Source: a virus (lineage: Duplodnaviria; Caudoviricetes). Taken from it: DNA of 64,000 bases. The notes under the pieces are model-generated. The model had not been told where the DNA came from. It saw only the letters and a list, made by a program, of their open reading frames with translations, and ran no database searches. A program made the translations under genes and the position numbers. Positions 28,493 to 39,611 of the stretch are shown here, piece by piece; the stretch's first letter is position 1, and each line of letters starts with the position of its first letter. Where the stretch lies: IMG/VR virus record IMGVR_UViG_3300006467_000454, positions 44,321-108,320 of that record, one strand, 5' to 3'.

Positions 28493-29617
28493 ATGGGAAA
28501 AGGTAAAGACAAAAAGGAAAAGAAAAAATTCCAAGGGGCTAAACGCTCTGCACAAAAAGCAGTTGTTGCTGATGCCGAAAGTAAGAATATCCACATTGGT
28601 GGAGGGGGAGGCTATGTTTCCTTCCATAGTGTTGATGAGGGTAAGAACATTTTTAGAATGGCACCGCCCCATAATCCTGACCACCCTAGTTATGAAGCTT
28701 GCCGAACCACTATGCTGGATTGTGAAGTTGAAGTTCGTGACAAGGAAGGTAATCCAACGGGGGAAAAGGAAATTAAGCGTAAAAAGATTTACGTTGCTAC
28801 TCAGCACTTAGATGGAGCCGAAATCGACCCAACTGAACTTTACATTAAGTATGTGAGCGAATATGCTAATGAAGCATACGATGATAAAGAAGAAAGGAAG
28901 AAATACTTGAAGCACATTACTGGGTATAAAGGTCCGGATAAGAAATGGGTTTGGGGTATTATCCCAGGAACTTCTTATGTTGGTTATGCTTGGAAAAAGG
29001 GGGTTCTTGGTAGAATTGACCTTTGGAAGAAATGGACTGACGAAATGGAGAAGGAAGCAGCCAATTTAGATAGTGATGATACTATCATTGTAGATCCATT
29101 CTCTGATCCAGAAGAAGGGTATCCATTAAGCATTGAAAAGGCTAAAAATGATAAGGGTAAATTTGAATACACTGTCAAGGCTGTAATTCCTGGAAAGAAA
29201 GAATCTTGGGAGGATTTCTTTGAAAGTAATGCACTTACTGATAAAATGTCAGAAGAATTGGCAGCGGTGGATTCATTGCATGATATGTACACCAATAATT
29301 ACACCATGCGTGATTTCGATTTAGCTTTGGATGGGTTGAAACGTTTTGATAAAAAGCATGGCTATGATGTCTTTAAAAATGAAGATTTCCTTGAAGAGCT
29401 TGCTGAATTCAAAAAGACCGTACCTGTGAAGGATGATTCTGAAAAGTCTGATTCTGAAAAGTCTGGTAAAAAAGACAAAAAAGAAAAGAAGGACAAAAAA
29501 GATAAATCTGAAAAAGAGGGGAAATCTGAGGAGTCTGAAAAGTCTGAAAAGAAAGACAAAAAGGGCAAAAAGGATAAAAAAGAAAAGAAAGACAAGAAGA
29601 ATAAGAAAGATAAATAA
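28493..29617 (+). CDS. Probable single-stranded DNA-binding protein (gp32-like) with K/D/E-rich tail
   Basis: G.N.FR..PP, DPFSDPEEGY.L.I.K, L..L..MY; position in the recombination block. Confidence 0.6.
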   Translation: MGKGKDKKEKKKFQGAKRSAQKAVVADAESKNIHIGGGGGYVSFHSVDEGKNIFRMAPPHNPDHPSYEACRTTMLDCEVEVRDKEGNPTGEKEIKRKKIYVATQHLDGAEIDPTELYIKYVSEYANEAYDDKEERKKYLKHITGYKGPDKKWVWGIIPGTSYVGYAWKKGVLGRIDLWKKWTDEMEKEAANLDSDDTIIVDPFSDPEEGYPLSIEKAKNDKGKFEYTVKAVIPGKKESWEDFFESNALTDKMSEELAAVDSLHDMYTNNYTMRDFDLALDGLKRFDKKHGYDVFKNEDFLEELAEFKKTVPVKDDSEKSDSEKSGKKDKKEKKDKKDKSEKEGKSEESEKSEKKDKKGKKDKKEKKDKKNKKDK

Positions 29618-29648
29618 TTCCTCTAGTTTTAATTTTGTTCCAATTCGT

Positions 29649-29677
29649 GAGGGGGGAGGGTGACCTCCCTCTATTTT
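29649..29677 (+). terminator. Intrinsic terminator
   Basis: GGGGGAGG-GTGA-CCTCCCTC hairpin followed by TATTTT. Confidence 0.6.
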
Positions 29678-29689
29678 AAATTGTAAAAT

Positions 29690-30727
29690 ATGTCAGCATT
29701 AACGATAATATCAACAGATTGGCATTTAAAACCCGAAAATCTAGAAGAGATTATAGATTTAGTCCGCCAAAAATGCAAGCTAGCAAAAAAGCTAGGGATT
29801 AAAGATATATTCTGTCTCGGTGATGTTTTTGATAGCCGTATTGCCCAAAGGCAATCTGTGTTGAAAGCATTTGAGCGTATCCTCGGGATAATTGAGGAAT
29901 ACGGGTTGGTATTCCATTTGATCCCAGGAAATCACGACAAAACGGTTTACCCTTCCATGGACTCATTTCTAGATGCGTTCAAAACATACCCTTGCCTAAG
30001 ATTATATCGCAAACACTCAATAGTGAAATTAGGTAAATTCAATTTCCATTTAATCCCATTCTTTGAAGAAAAAGTTTGGTTAGAAATATTCCACGGAATT
30101 GAAAAGGGTGGTAAAAATGATATCCTATTATCACACATGGCTGTAGAAGGCTCAAGGAACAATGATGGTTCTTTAGTTTCCTCAGGATTAACTCCTAAAA
30201 TGTTTGAAAATTGGCTCATGGTGCTGTTAGGGCATTATCATGATGAACAACAAATTGGAAAGAATATTTTCCATATCCCTTCCATAAAGCAAAATAATTA
30301 TGGGGAGGACGAAAACAAGGGATTTACTGTCCTAAATAGTGATGGGAGCTATGAAGTATTCAAAAGTAATTACAAAGCCTTTAAACGTCTTAAAATTAAC
30401 ATTGACGAAACTCCACAAAAGGAGCTTGAAAAATTAGTAAAAACTTATTCTAAAAATGAGGATAGAATTAGATTTGAATTTACAGGGGATTCCACTAAGC
30501 TGAAAGCCTTAGATAAATCTAAATTCAATAAACATGGTATTGAAATCAAGACAAAAGTAAAAGAAATTGAAGAATCCATTGTAGAATGTGAGAAGCAGGA
30601 TGTCAAAATCCATAACCAGTCTACAATTATGAGTGAATTCAAAAAGTATCATGAAATCAAATCTGATTTTAACTTAAAACTCGGGACTAAATATTTAAAA
30701 GAGCATTTCAATGGCGAAGAAAAATAA
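29690..30727 (+). CDS. Mre11/SbcD-like metallophosphoesterase nuclease
   Basis: TDWH, LGDVFD, GNHD, SH, GHYH. Confidence 0.88.
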   Translation: MSALTIISTDWHLKPENLEEIIDLVRQKCKLAKKLGIKDIFCLGDVFDSRIAQRQSVLKAFERILGIIEEYGLVFHLIPGNHDKTVYPSMDSFLDAFKTYPCLRLYRKHSIVKLGKFNFHLIPFFEEKVWLEIFHGIEKGGKNDILLSHMAVEGSRNNDGSLVSSGLTPKMFENWLMVLLGHYHDEQQIGKNIFHIPSIKQNNYGEDENKGFTVLNSDGSYEVFKSNYKAFKRLKINIDETPQKELEKLVKTYSKNEDRIRFEFTGDSTKLKALDKSKFNKHGIEIKTKVKEIEESIVECEKQDVKIHNQSTIMSEFKKYHEIKSDFNLKLGTKYLKEHFNGEEK

Positions 30728-31733
30728 GAAAAAAGATAAAGGTGGACAAAGTTATACCGAAGATTTAAAACGAGCCATCAGTGAGATCGATAAAAGATTC
30801 GGGGAAGGTTCTATTATGAATCTCCAAGAAGGGGCAGCAAATGTAGCCCGTGTGTCCAGTGGGTCAATTGCTTTGGATATAGCACTTGGTGGGGGATTCC
30901 CTAAAGGTAGAATTATTGAAATATACGGTCCGGAATCATCAGGGAAAACAACCCTAGCATTACACCTGACTAAAGAGGTGCAGAAAGCAGGGGGAGTAGC
31001 AGCATTGATTGATGTTGAAAATGCTTTTGACCCTGAATATGCTGAAGACGGAATTGGGGTGGATATTTCTCCAGATAAATTCTTGATATCTCAACCAGAA
31101 TGTGGTGAAGATGCTTTGGAAATTACTAATACTTTAATTGAATCAGGAGGGATTGATCTTGCCATTATTGACTCGGTAGCTGCATTGACCCCTAGGGCAG
31201 AATTAGATGGGGACTTTGGTGAATCCAAAATGGGGTTGCAAGCCCGTATGATGTCTCAGGCTATGCGTAAATTGGTAAGTAAAATTAAACAGTCAGAATG
31301 TACGGTTATTTTCATCAACCAATTACGTGATAAAATTGGGGTAATGTTTGGTAATCCGGAAACAACTACTGGTGGGAATGCTTTGAAATTCTATGCTTCT
31401 GTACGTTTAGATATTCGTAGGGTAGGGCAAATCAAAGATGGTGAAGAAGTTATTGGGAACCGTACCCGTGTAAAAGTTGTTAAAAATAAAGTTGCACCAC
31501 CTTTCCGGAAAGCTGAATTTGATATTCGATACGGGGAAGGGATTGATTATATTAAAGAGATAATGGATTTTGCGGTGGAATTTGATATAATCAAAAAGTC
31601 AGGCTCTTGGTTTTCATACGATGAAACTAAACTGGGGCAAGGTGAAGCAAACGTTCGTAATTTACTGGAAGATAATTTTGAGCTTCTAGAAGAGATTGAA
31701 AAGAAAGTTATCAAAAAATTGAATAAATCGTAA
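30711..31733 (+). CDS. recA: RecA recombinase
   Basis: [55 protein letters not shown]. Confidence 0.97.
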   Translation: MAKKNKKKDKGGQSYTEDLKRAISEIDKRFGEGSIMNLQEGAANVARVSSGSIALDIALGGGFPKGRIIEIYGPESSGKTTLALHLTKEVQKAGGVAALIDVENAFDPEYAEDGIGVDISPDKFLISQPECGEDALEITNTLIESGGIDLAIIDSVAALTPRAELDGDFGESKMGLQARMMSQAMRKLVSKIKQSECTVIFINQLRDKIGVMFGNPETTTGGNALKFYASVRLDIRRVGQIKDGEEVIGNRTRVKVVKNKVAPPFRKAEFDIRYGEGIDYIKEIMDFAVEFDIIKKSGSWFSYDETKLGQGEANVRNLLEDNFELLEEIEKKVIKKLNKS

Positions 31734-31734
31734 G

Positions 31735-33729
31735 ATGTTTATAGAATCGTTAATAGCAAGCAATTTTTTATCATTAGGGGGAGTTGATTATACTTTTAAG
31801 GATATCGCAACCCTGATACAAGGGGAGAACCTTGAGGATGATGATCAAGAAAGTAATGGGTCAGGCAAAAGTGCTTTCTTAGTCTTGTTAAAATATGCCA
31901 TTTACGGGATAACTCCTAAAGATAAACTTTTAAAAGAATTGATTAAATTCGGGGAGGAGTTAACTGAAACGAAAGTGATAATTAATTGCCCGATACGAAA
32001 GCAGAAATTGGTTATTTCAAGGGAAATAAGGTTAAAGGGTTCTGCCAAATTAACGATAGACTCAATAGGGGGTAAAAGTCCAGAATTCTCTACAGTTCCA
32101 GATGGGAACAAAGAAATCATAAAATGGATAGGGATATCCAAGGAGGATTTTGAGAATTTCTATGTTATCGATGGGGAATCCTATACTTCATTCATAACAG
32201 CTCCAAATGCGGAAAAGATTGATTTTATTAGCCGTTTCAGTAATAGCAAAATAATCCATGGGGTTTGGGATTTACCTAAAAAAGAAGCTTTGGAGCTTGA
32301 GGGGACTCTCAATACTGTAAACGAAGATAAAATTAAATCTGAATCTAGGCTTGAGGTTTATAAAGATCAATTAAGGGAAGAAAAATCTAGGGATATTGAT
32401 AAGGAGAAAGAAGAAGAAATCTCCAAGAAAAAAGTGGAGATTGCTGGACATAAGGCTGCAATAAAAATCCTTGAAGATGAAAAAGAAAGCTGGGGCGGTG
32501 ATGTTGAAAAATTAACTGATAAAGTCACCTCAGCAAAAGAAATATTCGATGAACTTTCCTTAAAACTTGATAATTTTAAATCCAGTGACCTTGGGGATAA
32601 AAAGAAGAAACTATTTGATAAGCAGCAAAAGGCTAATTCTAAAAAATCTAAAGCCTTTAGGAAGGAAATGGAATTAGGCAACGAAAAAAGTGCTTTATCA
32701 AATGAACTTGAGGAGATAAACAATATTCTTGCTGGATTAATTACCTGCCCTAAATGTAGCCATCAGTTTAAAATTGATGAGGATGTTGATGTTAAGGAGC
32801 TCAAGTCCAAGAAAAAGAAATTAAAGAAAAGTGTAGAGGGGAAGGAAAAGGAGATTGCAGATGCCATTGCTGATGTCGATACCTTAAAAGGTAAAGTTGA
32901 ATCCATAACTAGCAAAATTGATAAGATTGAAACTAAACAGGATAAGGATCGCAAAAAGAAAGATTCTATTCGTAGTAAAATGGAAAAGGCTAGTAGTAAG
33001 TTATCAGATTTAAAGCAGGAATTGGTAGAAGCTGAGGGGGAAATCACGGATTGTGATAACAAAATAAAATCCTCTAAAAAGGTGATTGGAAATTTAGAGG
33101 ATACTATCAAGTCGATTAAAGCTTCTAAACGTAGCAATCAAAAAGAAATTGATGCTATCGAAGCTAAAATTGAAAAGGAGAAAAAAGAATTCAAAAGGCT
33201 TAAAAAGGAAGCTAATAAAATTGAAAATAGTATATTTGAAGTAAAGGCTGTCGAGAATGAATTAAAGAAGTTTTATTCACATCTTGCAAATCAGTTCATT
33301 AAGGTGATTCAGGGTTATGTGAATAAAAATCTTAAGGATATGGGGAGTGATCTCCAAATATCATGGGAGGGCTACAAAGTAAACGGTGATGGCAACCTAA
33401 GTGAAAAAATTACCCCGTATATCACTCGTGGTGGAAGGGTAAGGTCTTGGGGCTCCTTTAGTAAGGGGGAACGTCAACGTATGCAGTATGCTAACATTCT
33501 CGCCAACCAAGAAATATTAAACTCTACTAATGAGTGGGGAGGGCTTAATTTCCTTTTCACTGATGAAGTAACCGAAGGGACTGATGCCAAGGGGATAGGC
33601 AAATTGATGAAATCATTAGCTCGCAAAAACTTCCCTATTTTTGTTACAACCCATGTAACGGATAGGAACGTCCATTCGAATATAATGGTGATCCAAAAGG
33701 ATCAATTTGGAACAAGTAAAATTTTATAA
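31735..33729 (+). CDS. Rad50/SbcC-like ATPase
   Basis: NGSGKS Walker A, long coiled coil with CPKC zinc hook, FSKGE signature, FTDE Walker B, TTH. Confidence 0.9.
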   Translation: MFIESLIASNFLSLGGVDYTFKDIATLIQGENLEDDDQESNGSGKSAFLVLLKYAIYGITPKDKLLKELIKFGEELTETKVIINCPIRKQKLVISREIRLKGSAKLTIDSIGGKSPEFSTVPDGNKEIIKWIGISKEDFENFYVIDGESYTSFITAPNAEKIDFISRFSNSKIIHGVWDLPKKEALELEGTLNTVNEDKIKSESRLEVYKDQLREEKSRDIDKEKEEEISKKKVEIAGHKAAIKILEDEKESWGGDVEKLTDKVTSAKEIFDELSLKLDNFKSSDLGDKKKKLFDKQQKANSKKSKAFRKEMELGNEKSALSNELEEINNILAGLITCPKCSHQFKIDEDVDVKELKSKKKKLKKSVEGKEKEIADAIADVDTLKGKVESITSKIDKIETKQDKDRKKKDSIRSKMEKASSKLSDLKQELVEAEGEITDCDNKIKSSKKVIGNLEDTIKSIKASKRSNQKEIDAIEAKIEKEKKEFKRLKKEANKIENSIFEVKAVENELKKFYSHLANQFIKVIQGYVNKNLKDMGSDLQISWEGYKVNGDGNLSEKITPYITRGGRVRSWGSFSKGERQRMQYANILANQEILNSTNEWGGLNFLFTDEVTEGTDAKGIGKLMKSLARKNFPIFVTTHVTDRNVHSNIMVIQKDQFGTSKIL

Positions 33730-33730
33730 C

Positions 33731-33961
33731 ATGGCTAAACCAAAACCAATAATTGCGATTACCATCCCCCACTATATGGCTCAGGAGGGTGTTGATAAGA
33801 TCTCAAAAAGTGTTAAAGAAACAGTGAAGGAAGAATATCATGTATTTATCATTACGAATAACAGTGATGAAATAAACTTCCAAGTCTTTTATGAAAAAGA
33901 CTTCAACGAGGTAAAGTACAAAGAGTTGAAAACAATAATTAAGGAATTATGCAAAAGGTAA
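33731..33961 (+). CDS. Hypothetical protein
   Basis: ATG directly after the SbcC stop. Confidence 0.5.
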   Translation: MAKPKPIIAITIPHYMAQEGVDKISKSVKETVKEEYHVFIITNNSDEINFQVFYEKDFNEVKYKELKTIIKELCKR

Positions 33962-34449
33962 AATTAGAAATTGAACAGCTTGATGATGCTGTTTATAAGG
34001 GCATATGCTTCCAATATGGGATGAATGTTACTATGGCTTCCCCTGAATTGCTTGTAGAACAATTGCAAAAGCATATTGAATACAAGGATAAAGATTACTC
34101 TGATATGGGGATTTCAGATCTTGGGTCCGGAATTGATTTTTCAGGTGATTGGGTAGAAATTTCTTTATTTGAAAGGAGATTTGGTTTTGTTAAAATTGCC
34201 ATTACTGGATTTAATAAAGCTTGTGTGGATTTAAGGAAGGTGTTATTTACTGAGGTGACCCCAATATTCATTAAAGAGGAATTAAACAACTTCATGAGAC
34301 CTGATCATGTAGTTTTAGGGCACTCCGAAAAATTCCGTATCGTAAAAACAGGGGAAAAGATTCCTTTTTATGAAGCAACCGTTCATTCAAAAGAAGATGG
34401 CACTCATACAATCGATTTTAAGGAAGTTCAAAGTTTAAATGGCAAGTAA
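33949..34449 (+). CDS. Hypothetical protein
   Basis: Overlaps both neighbouring genes. Confidence 0.55.
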   Translation: MQKVKLEIEQLDDAVYKGICFQYGMNVTMASPELLVEQLQKHIEYKDKDYSDMGISDLGSGIDFSGDWVEISLFERRFGFVKIAITGFNKACVDLRKVLFTEVTPIFIKEELNNFMRPDHVVLGHSEKFRIVKTGEKIPFYEATVHSKEDGTHTIDFKEVQSLNGK

Positions 34450-34987
34450 ATTAGTATATGGTGGAATTGATCCTGGGAAAGCAGGGGTTATTTGTTTGAT
34501 GTATGAATCAGGTAAGGTGGAACACCACCAAATCCCATTATTGAACAAAGATTACGATCAAGTGGCATTGGCTAACTTCTTCCGGAATTTAAAGGGGGTC
34601 TACAGCCGTAAGCGTATTCACTTTGTTCTTGAAGATGTAAATTGTGATCCTAACTGGGGAGCCAAGCAGAATTGGAGTATGGGTGGCTGTATCCATTTAT
34701 TCAAACAAATATTCGCTTGTTATAGGATTCCTTTCACCTTAGTACACGCTAAGACTTGGCAAAAAGAGATGCATCAGGGAGTGAAACCGATTTTTAAACC
34801 ACTGACAGCCGTTCAAAAGAAAGCAAATAGGGTTAACGGTGCTAAGGATGTAAAAGCAATGTCAATTGCCGCAGCAATGCGTTTGTTCCCTGATATAGAT
34901 TTTCGTAAAAGCACTAGATGCAAAAATCTCGATGACAATAAAGTAGATGCCACACTTTTGGCACTCTATGGTAAAAGGCATTTTTAA
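34439..34987 (+). CDS. RuvC-like Holliday junction resolvase
   Basis: GIDPGKAG, VLE, TWQK, DNKVDA.LLA.Y. Confidence 0.85.
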   Translation: MASKLVYGGIDPGKAGVICLMYESGKVEHHQIPLLNKDYDQVALANFFRNLKGVYSRKRIHFVLEDVNCDPNWGAKQNWSMGGCIHLFKQIFACYRIPFTLVHAKTWQKEMHQGVKPIFKPLTAVQKKANRVNGAKDVKAMSIAAAMRLFPDIDFRKSTRCKNLDDNKVDATLLALYGKRHF

Positions 34988-35316
34988 TGAATTTTTATTG
35001 TAAAAATGAAGAATGTAAGGAATTTAATAAACCTGTATTTGTAGAACCATCATTATTCGCCTATAACGTTGGGGAAGAAAGGGAGAAACTCATAACCTGT
35101 AAGGGATGCGGTGGCAAAATTGTAGCAGAAATTCCTGAAGATAATGGGGAGATAAATGCAAACTATGCTAAGTTTAAATCCCTATCTGATGCGGATAAAA
35201 AGAAAGTGATTGGCAAAAGGGCTGAAAAGCACTATCAAAAATTCGCCAAGGATGAAGTTGAATCCAAGAGAAAAGATACTGTTAACGAAATAAAGAAAAC
35301 ATTTTTAAGGGGGTGA
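34987..35316 (+). CDS. Zn-ribbon hypothetical protein
   Basis: C.NEEC and CKGC pairs. Confidence 0.5.
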   Translation: MNFYCKNEECKEFNKPVFVEPSLFAYNVGEEREKLITCKGCGGKIVAEIPEDNGEINANYAKFKSLSDADKKKVIGKRAEKHYQKFAKDEVESKRKDTVNEIKKTFLRG

Positions 35317-35319
35317 TAT

Positions 35320-35664
35320 ATGTTAAGTAAAAAAGCAACACAAGTAAGGGATATTGCCTTTGATAAGGCAAAAGAATATGCAGCGTTTATTCACCCTAGA
35401 AAGATAATTTGTATAACTGGGCTCCCTAACCAAGTAGAGGATGAATACCTATTTGCGGCTGTGGAGAGTTATACAAGTGCCAAACCAAATCAATACTTAT
35501 ACGATAGTGAATTCACTATCAGAATTATTGATAACCTGTTAAATGATTCAAGGGTATTAACAAAAGAAGGCTTTGAAACCTCTTTAGGGAAGATTGACCC
35601 TATCATGTTGACTATCCCTTTTGAATCAAAAATTAACTTCTTTATGATCAATTCTGTTATTTAA
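35320..35664 (+). CDS. Hypothetical protein
   Basis: Tight packing with neighbours. Confidence 0.5.
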   Translation: MLSKKATQVRDIAFDKAKEYAAFIHPRKIICITGLPNQVEDEYLFAAVESYTSAKPNQYLYDSEFTIRIIDNLLNDSRVLTKEGFETSLGKIDPIMLTIPFESKINFFMINSVI

Positions 35665-35720
35665 AATCATTATAAATAATGGGTTTTCTATTGTTTTGTA
35701 ATCTAAATGGGTTAATTTTG
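35658..35720 (+). promoter_or_regulatory. 21-bp palindrome plus promoter
   Basis: TATTTA-N9-TAAATA at 35658-35678; ATTG 35690-35693, N19, TAATTTTG 35713-35720. Confidence 0.65.
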
Positions 35721-35753
35721 TACAAAAATAAATTCATTTTAAAACAAATTTCT

Positions 35754-35969
35754 ATGGGAGCAGATTTTAAAATTTTGCTTATAGTTGTGTTATCTGTTGT
35801 TTTAATAGATTCTATAATTAGGGCAAGTCAAAAACGTAGGAAAGTCAAATTTCAGACTTTAGTGAACCCATATCATTATTCCTTACCTAAAGAAAAGGGA
35901 GTATTGGTATTTCATTATGTAGTGATAGCTATTTTAGCAGTATCAATAATAGTAACATTGTTAATATAA
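35754..35969 (+). CDS. Small two-TM membrane protein
   Basis: Two hydrophobic stretches; ATG 35754 lies downstream of the promoter. Confidence 0.55.
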   Translation: MGADFKILLIVVLSVVLIDSIIRASQKRRKVKFQTLVNPYHYSLPKEKGVLVFHYVVIAILAVSIIVTLLI

Positions 35970-35978
35970 AATCGTAAA

Positions 35979-36620
35979 ATGGAGCATTTTTCAACGCTTA
36001 AAGAGATAGTCTTGAAAAAGATTACCTTTCGGAATCAATTCAGGTTTAACGAAGTATTAAGGTTAAACACTGATATTCGGATAATAGAGGGTCAATTTGG
36101 ACATTTAGCAGATAGGCAATTATGCCAAATTGATATGCACATTTATGGGCAAGAGGATAAACAAGTTTATTCTACAACTTATACAGTCCCTGATGGGTGG
36201 TTCCAATGCTTTAAGGAAGAAGTATTGAAAGGTAAACGGGGGAGGCTGTTTAAATGGTTCCTCAAAAAGTACCCTATTCAGTATCGAGATCAAAAAAGGG
36301 AATTTGAATTCAGCCACAGAGCCTTATTTGATGAATTGATTACCAGTAATCCTACTCACCGCATTGTGATGCAATCTGAGCCAAACGTTACGGCTCATAA
36401 TTTAGTTTGCAAAACCCCAGCCAAATCAACAAATGAAGTGAAAAGGGATAGGAGATTCCTTAAACATAAATTTGCTACAGAACATGGGATCCATGATGCC
36501 CCATTTGTTTGGTGGGAAAGTATGGATCTAAAAGCCCAAGAAGAATTACTTCTTGAAAATGGGTTTGCTCCGGATACCACAGTGGATAGTGATATTATCA
36601 AGAAATTATTTAATGATTAA
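35979..36620 (+). CDS. Hypothetical protein
   Basis: 213-aa ORF with AATCG leader. Confidence 0.55.
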   Translation: MEHFSTLKEIVLKKITFRNQFRFNEVLRLNTDIRIIEGQFGHLADRQLCQIDMHIYGQEDKQVYSTTYTVPDGWFQCFKEEVLKGKRGRLFKWFLKKYPIQYRDQKREFEFSHRALFDELITSNPTHRIVMQSEPNVTAHNLVCKTPAKSTNEVKRDRRFLKHKFATEHGIHDAPFVWWESMDLKAQEELLLENGFAPDTTVDSDIIKKLFND

Positions 36621-36631
36621 AAATCGGGATA

Positions 36632-37141
36632 ATGGAAAATTATTTAATAGCAAATGGGAAAAGAATTGATTTAACTTCTGAAGAGGTTAGGCAATTAAAA
36701 GAGAAGTTGGGGCTCCCTCTCAGTTATGAGGATATCTGTATGGAAATGGATCCTGATAGGATTGCAGATTGGTTTGCGATAAATGAATTTGGGGATGTAG
36801 TCCCAATTGAAGAAATGACATTGCCAACTTCAAATATTGCTATGTCGGAAGCCCAATTAGAACAAATTTTAGCGTTGAATAAATTATTCACTATTGCTAA
36901 ATGTTTGAACAAAAATTGGGAGCCTAGATTAGATTCTCAACAATACAAGTACAAATTGACTTTCCAACCTAATAAAAAACAAAGGTCAGGGGAGAAATGG
37001 TACGGGGGATTACATGCCTCAAAGATTCTTACTCAATTTGAATCTACCCCTTATTTCCGGACTAAGCAATTAGCCTATCAGGCAGTTGATATATTAGGCA
37101 TTGAAGAGACTCTGAAAGCAATGGGGGTTAATAATGGTTGA
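36632..37141 (+). CDS. Hypothetical protein
   Basis: AL.KL..IAK.LN..W.P and YF.T...A..A..IL pattern, as I recall from Bacteroidota phage proteins. Confidence 0.55.
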   Translation: MENYLIANGKRIDLTSEEVRQLKEKLGLPLSYEDICMEMDPDRIADWFAINEFGDVVPIEEMTLPTSNIAMSEAQLEQILALNKLFTIAKCLNKNWEPRLDSQQYKYKLTFQPNKKQRSGEKWYGGLHASKILTQFESTPYFRTKQLAYQAVDILGIEETLKAMGVNNG

Positions 37142-39197
37142 TTTCAAAAAGCATATGAAGAAGAAACAGGAAGAGCTTCGGAATAAAATTCTGAAGGCGA
37201 ATAAGAAATATCGGAAAGGTAAGCCGATAATGAGTGATTCTGAATTTGATGAACTTCTTGAGGGGTATATCAAGAAATATCCTAATGATAAAAAACTGAA
37301 GAAAGTTCTCGGGTATAAAATATCCAGAAAAGAAGAATTATTCGAACAGATGATGTCATTAGATAAACTCAAAAGTTATGAGGCAGCGGTTAGTTGGCTT
37401 GAATCTAAAGGGGTTAAACTTTCTGATGCTATCGTAATTTCAGGAAAATTAGATGGAATTTCTTTATTGGTTAAAGAGTACCAGAGGGAAGCATGGACAA
37501 GGGGTGATGGATTAGTGGGGCAAAGGTCTCATGAACATTTCAGAGCTATGAATCATAAGGAATCAACGATAAATGATTTAAAGACTTATGGGGAAGCGAT
37601 AATCTCCCATAGCAATTGGAATAAGCATTTTAAAGGTAAAATTGACCCGATATCTAAAAAGCCTTATAAGGTTCCTCGTAATACGGTGGCAGGATTGTTC
37701 AACCGTAATGAACCAGGAGATATGCTCCAATACGTTGACTATGTTAGGTATGGGATAGTTGGCTCCAAAAATGGCAAGGCAATGATTCATTCAGAGCTTG
37801 AAGAATTAGGCTTGGATTTTGCACCAATTGAAATGATGCCATTTAGTGCGTTTAAATCATTTGAAGACCCCGTTGCAGAATTAGATGCAATCTATGAAAG
37901 GCTTGGGAGTAAATACCAAATAGATGGGCTTGTAATTGATATAAACTCTGTGGATACTAGGGAGAAACTAGGTAGAGAAGAAAACGGAAATCCTGCTTAT
38001 GCTAGGGCAATAAAATTACCCCATTGGTCGGAACAAGAAGATTCTGATACGGTAATCCGGAAACTACATTTAAAAGTTAGTAAGCAGGGTAAAATTAAGG
38101 GGAAAGTAGAATTTGATCCGCTTATTATAGATGGATCAGAAGTAAAACAGGCATCATTCTACAATGCTAAATTCCTAACCCAATTCGTGCTGAATAAAGG
38201 TAGGAAAATCAAGGTTAAGAAATCTGGTGATATTATCCCTAAGATAATCGAAGTTGAAGGGGTGAGGGTTCCTATGAAGGAAGACTACACGAAAGGTAAG
38301 GATTTCGAAAAGGCTTTAGAAGGAGCTCAAGAAAAAGTCCAAAAAATAGTTGGAATTGAAGAATTTGCTGAATTATCTGATAGCCTTACTGCTTGCCCTT
38401 GCTGTGGAACAGTTACCAAATGGGATTCAACCTTAACAGAATTACTTTGTACCAATAAAAAATGCCCTTCAATAAGGCTAATGAAAATAGTCAATTTCTT
38501 TGCTAAAATGGAGATTGAAGATTTTGGTGAGCAGGAAATATCTAAACTATATGAAAGGGGTTATGTAAGAATAGAAGATATTCTTAGGATGTCTCTTGAA
38601 GATTTCGTAGGTATTGAAGGTTGGGGCAAAAAATCTGCTAAGAAATTACTCAAGCAGTTTGCTGCAATGAGTAATTGCACTGTGCCGTTGGCTAGAATTC
38701 TGGATGCTTTAGATTTATTTAAAGGTAAGCTTGGGGAGAAAACTATTCAGTTAATATTGGATAATACCACTATTGAAGAGGAATATTCTATTGAAGATCT
38801 TTGTAAAATAAAAGGTGTATCCGATATAACAGCCAAATTGTTTATAAAGGGGATGGGCAAATACAATAAATTGTCAAAGAAATTCCTTAAAAAATGGGAA
38901 TGCTGTGAATTTTATTTGGATATTGTTCCTGCTTATATAGATACCCCTGCGAAAAAGGCAGCTTCTGATAATCTTGCTGGGGTGTGTGCTTGCTTTAGTG
39001 GGGTCAGGGATAAATCCCTTGAGGAAAAAATTAAAGACAATGGTGGCACCATAAGCACAGGAGTAAGCAAGAAAACTACTCATTTAATAGTAAAAGATTT
39101 GAGTGAAAAAGTTTTAGCTTCCGCAAAATGTATGAAGGCTAAAGAATTGAATATCCCGATAATCCCAATTGATGGGGCTTGGGATAAGCTTGAATAA
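37134..39197 (+). CDS. ligA: NAD-dependent DNA ligase
   Basis: Y..GKPIMSD.EFD, M.SLDK, KLDG, TRGDG..G, PRN.VAG, IDGLVI, SGDIIP, Cys4 zinc finger, HhH, C-terminal BRCT (GVSKKTTHLI). Confidence 0.93.
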   Translation: MVDFKKHMKKKQEELRNKILKANKKYRKGKPIMSDSEFDELLEGYIKKYPNDKKLKKVLGYKISRKEELFEQMMSLDKLKSYEAAVSWLESKGVKLSDAIVISGKLDGISLLVKEYQREAWTRGDGLVGQRSHEHFRAMNHKESTINDLKTYGEAIISHSNWNKHFKGKIDPISKKPYKVPRNTVAGLFNRNEPGDMLQYVDYVRYGIVGSKNGKAMIHSELEELGLDFAPIEMMPFSAFKSFEDPVAELDAIYERLGSKYQIDGLVIDINSVDTREKLGREENGNPAYARAIKLPHWSEQEDSDTVIRKLHLKVSKQGKIKGKVEFDPLIIDGSEVKQASFYNAKFLTQFVLNKGRKIKVKKSGDIIPKIIEVEGVRVPMKEDYTKGKDFEKALEGAQEKVQKIVGIEEFAELSDSLTACPCCGTVTKWDSTLTELLCTNKKCPSIRLMKIVNFFAKMEIEDFGEQEISKLYERGYVRIEDILRMSLEDFVGIEGWGKKSAKKLLKQFAAMSNCTVPLARILDALDLFKGKLGEKTIQLILDNTTIEEEYSIEDLCKIKGVSDITAKLFIKGMGKYNKLSKKFLKKWECCEFYLDIVPAYIDTPAKKAASDNLAGVCACFSGVRDKSLEEKIKDNGGTISTGVSKKTTHLIVKDLSEKVLASAKCMKAKELNIPIIPIDGAWDKLE

Positions 39198-39206
39198 TAT
39201 TGATAT

Positions 39207-39291
39207 TATCTATAATCAATTTAAATAAGGAGGTCTAAATAAAATTAGATCTCCTTTTATTTTGTAGATAATTTTATCCGCATTATATTTG
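39207..39291 (+). promoter_or_regulatory. 21-bp palindrome, hairpin and promoter
   Basis: TATCTA-N9-TAAATA at 39207-39227; AGGAGGTCTAA/TTAGATCTCCT hairpin; TTTG 39261-39264, N19, TATATTTG 39284-39291. Confidence 0.75.
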
Positions 39292-39327
39292 AAGTATAAA
39301 TTAATAATCATTCAAAAAACAAAAATC

Positions 39328-39603
39328 ATGGAATTTAATCCTTACGTTATCGAATTAAAAACTCTAAATAGATTAGAAAACCTTATCAAAAAAGCTGCAA
39401 ATTTTGTTTTTGAAAGAAACGGAATGAGGGCGGTAAGAACTAAAGATGGAACTCTAGATACTAGGACCCATAATATTGACCTTAATTTAGAAGAAATGAC
39501 TGTCTCTTACGAGGGCGGTGCTAGTAAATGGTATTACCATAAATTTGAAACCCCTGAGGCTGCCCAAAAATGGTGGAATACTCATATTATTAACGCTAAA
39601 TAA
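39328..39603 (+). CDS. Hypothetical protein
   Basis: ATG 39328 downstream of the promoter. Confidence 0.55.
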   Translation: MEFNPYVIELKTLNRLENLIKKAANFVFERNGMRAVRTKDGTLDTRTHNIDLNLEEMTVSYEGGASKWYYHKFETPEAAQKWWNTHIINAK

Positions 39604-39611
39604 TCGGAACA

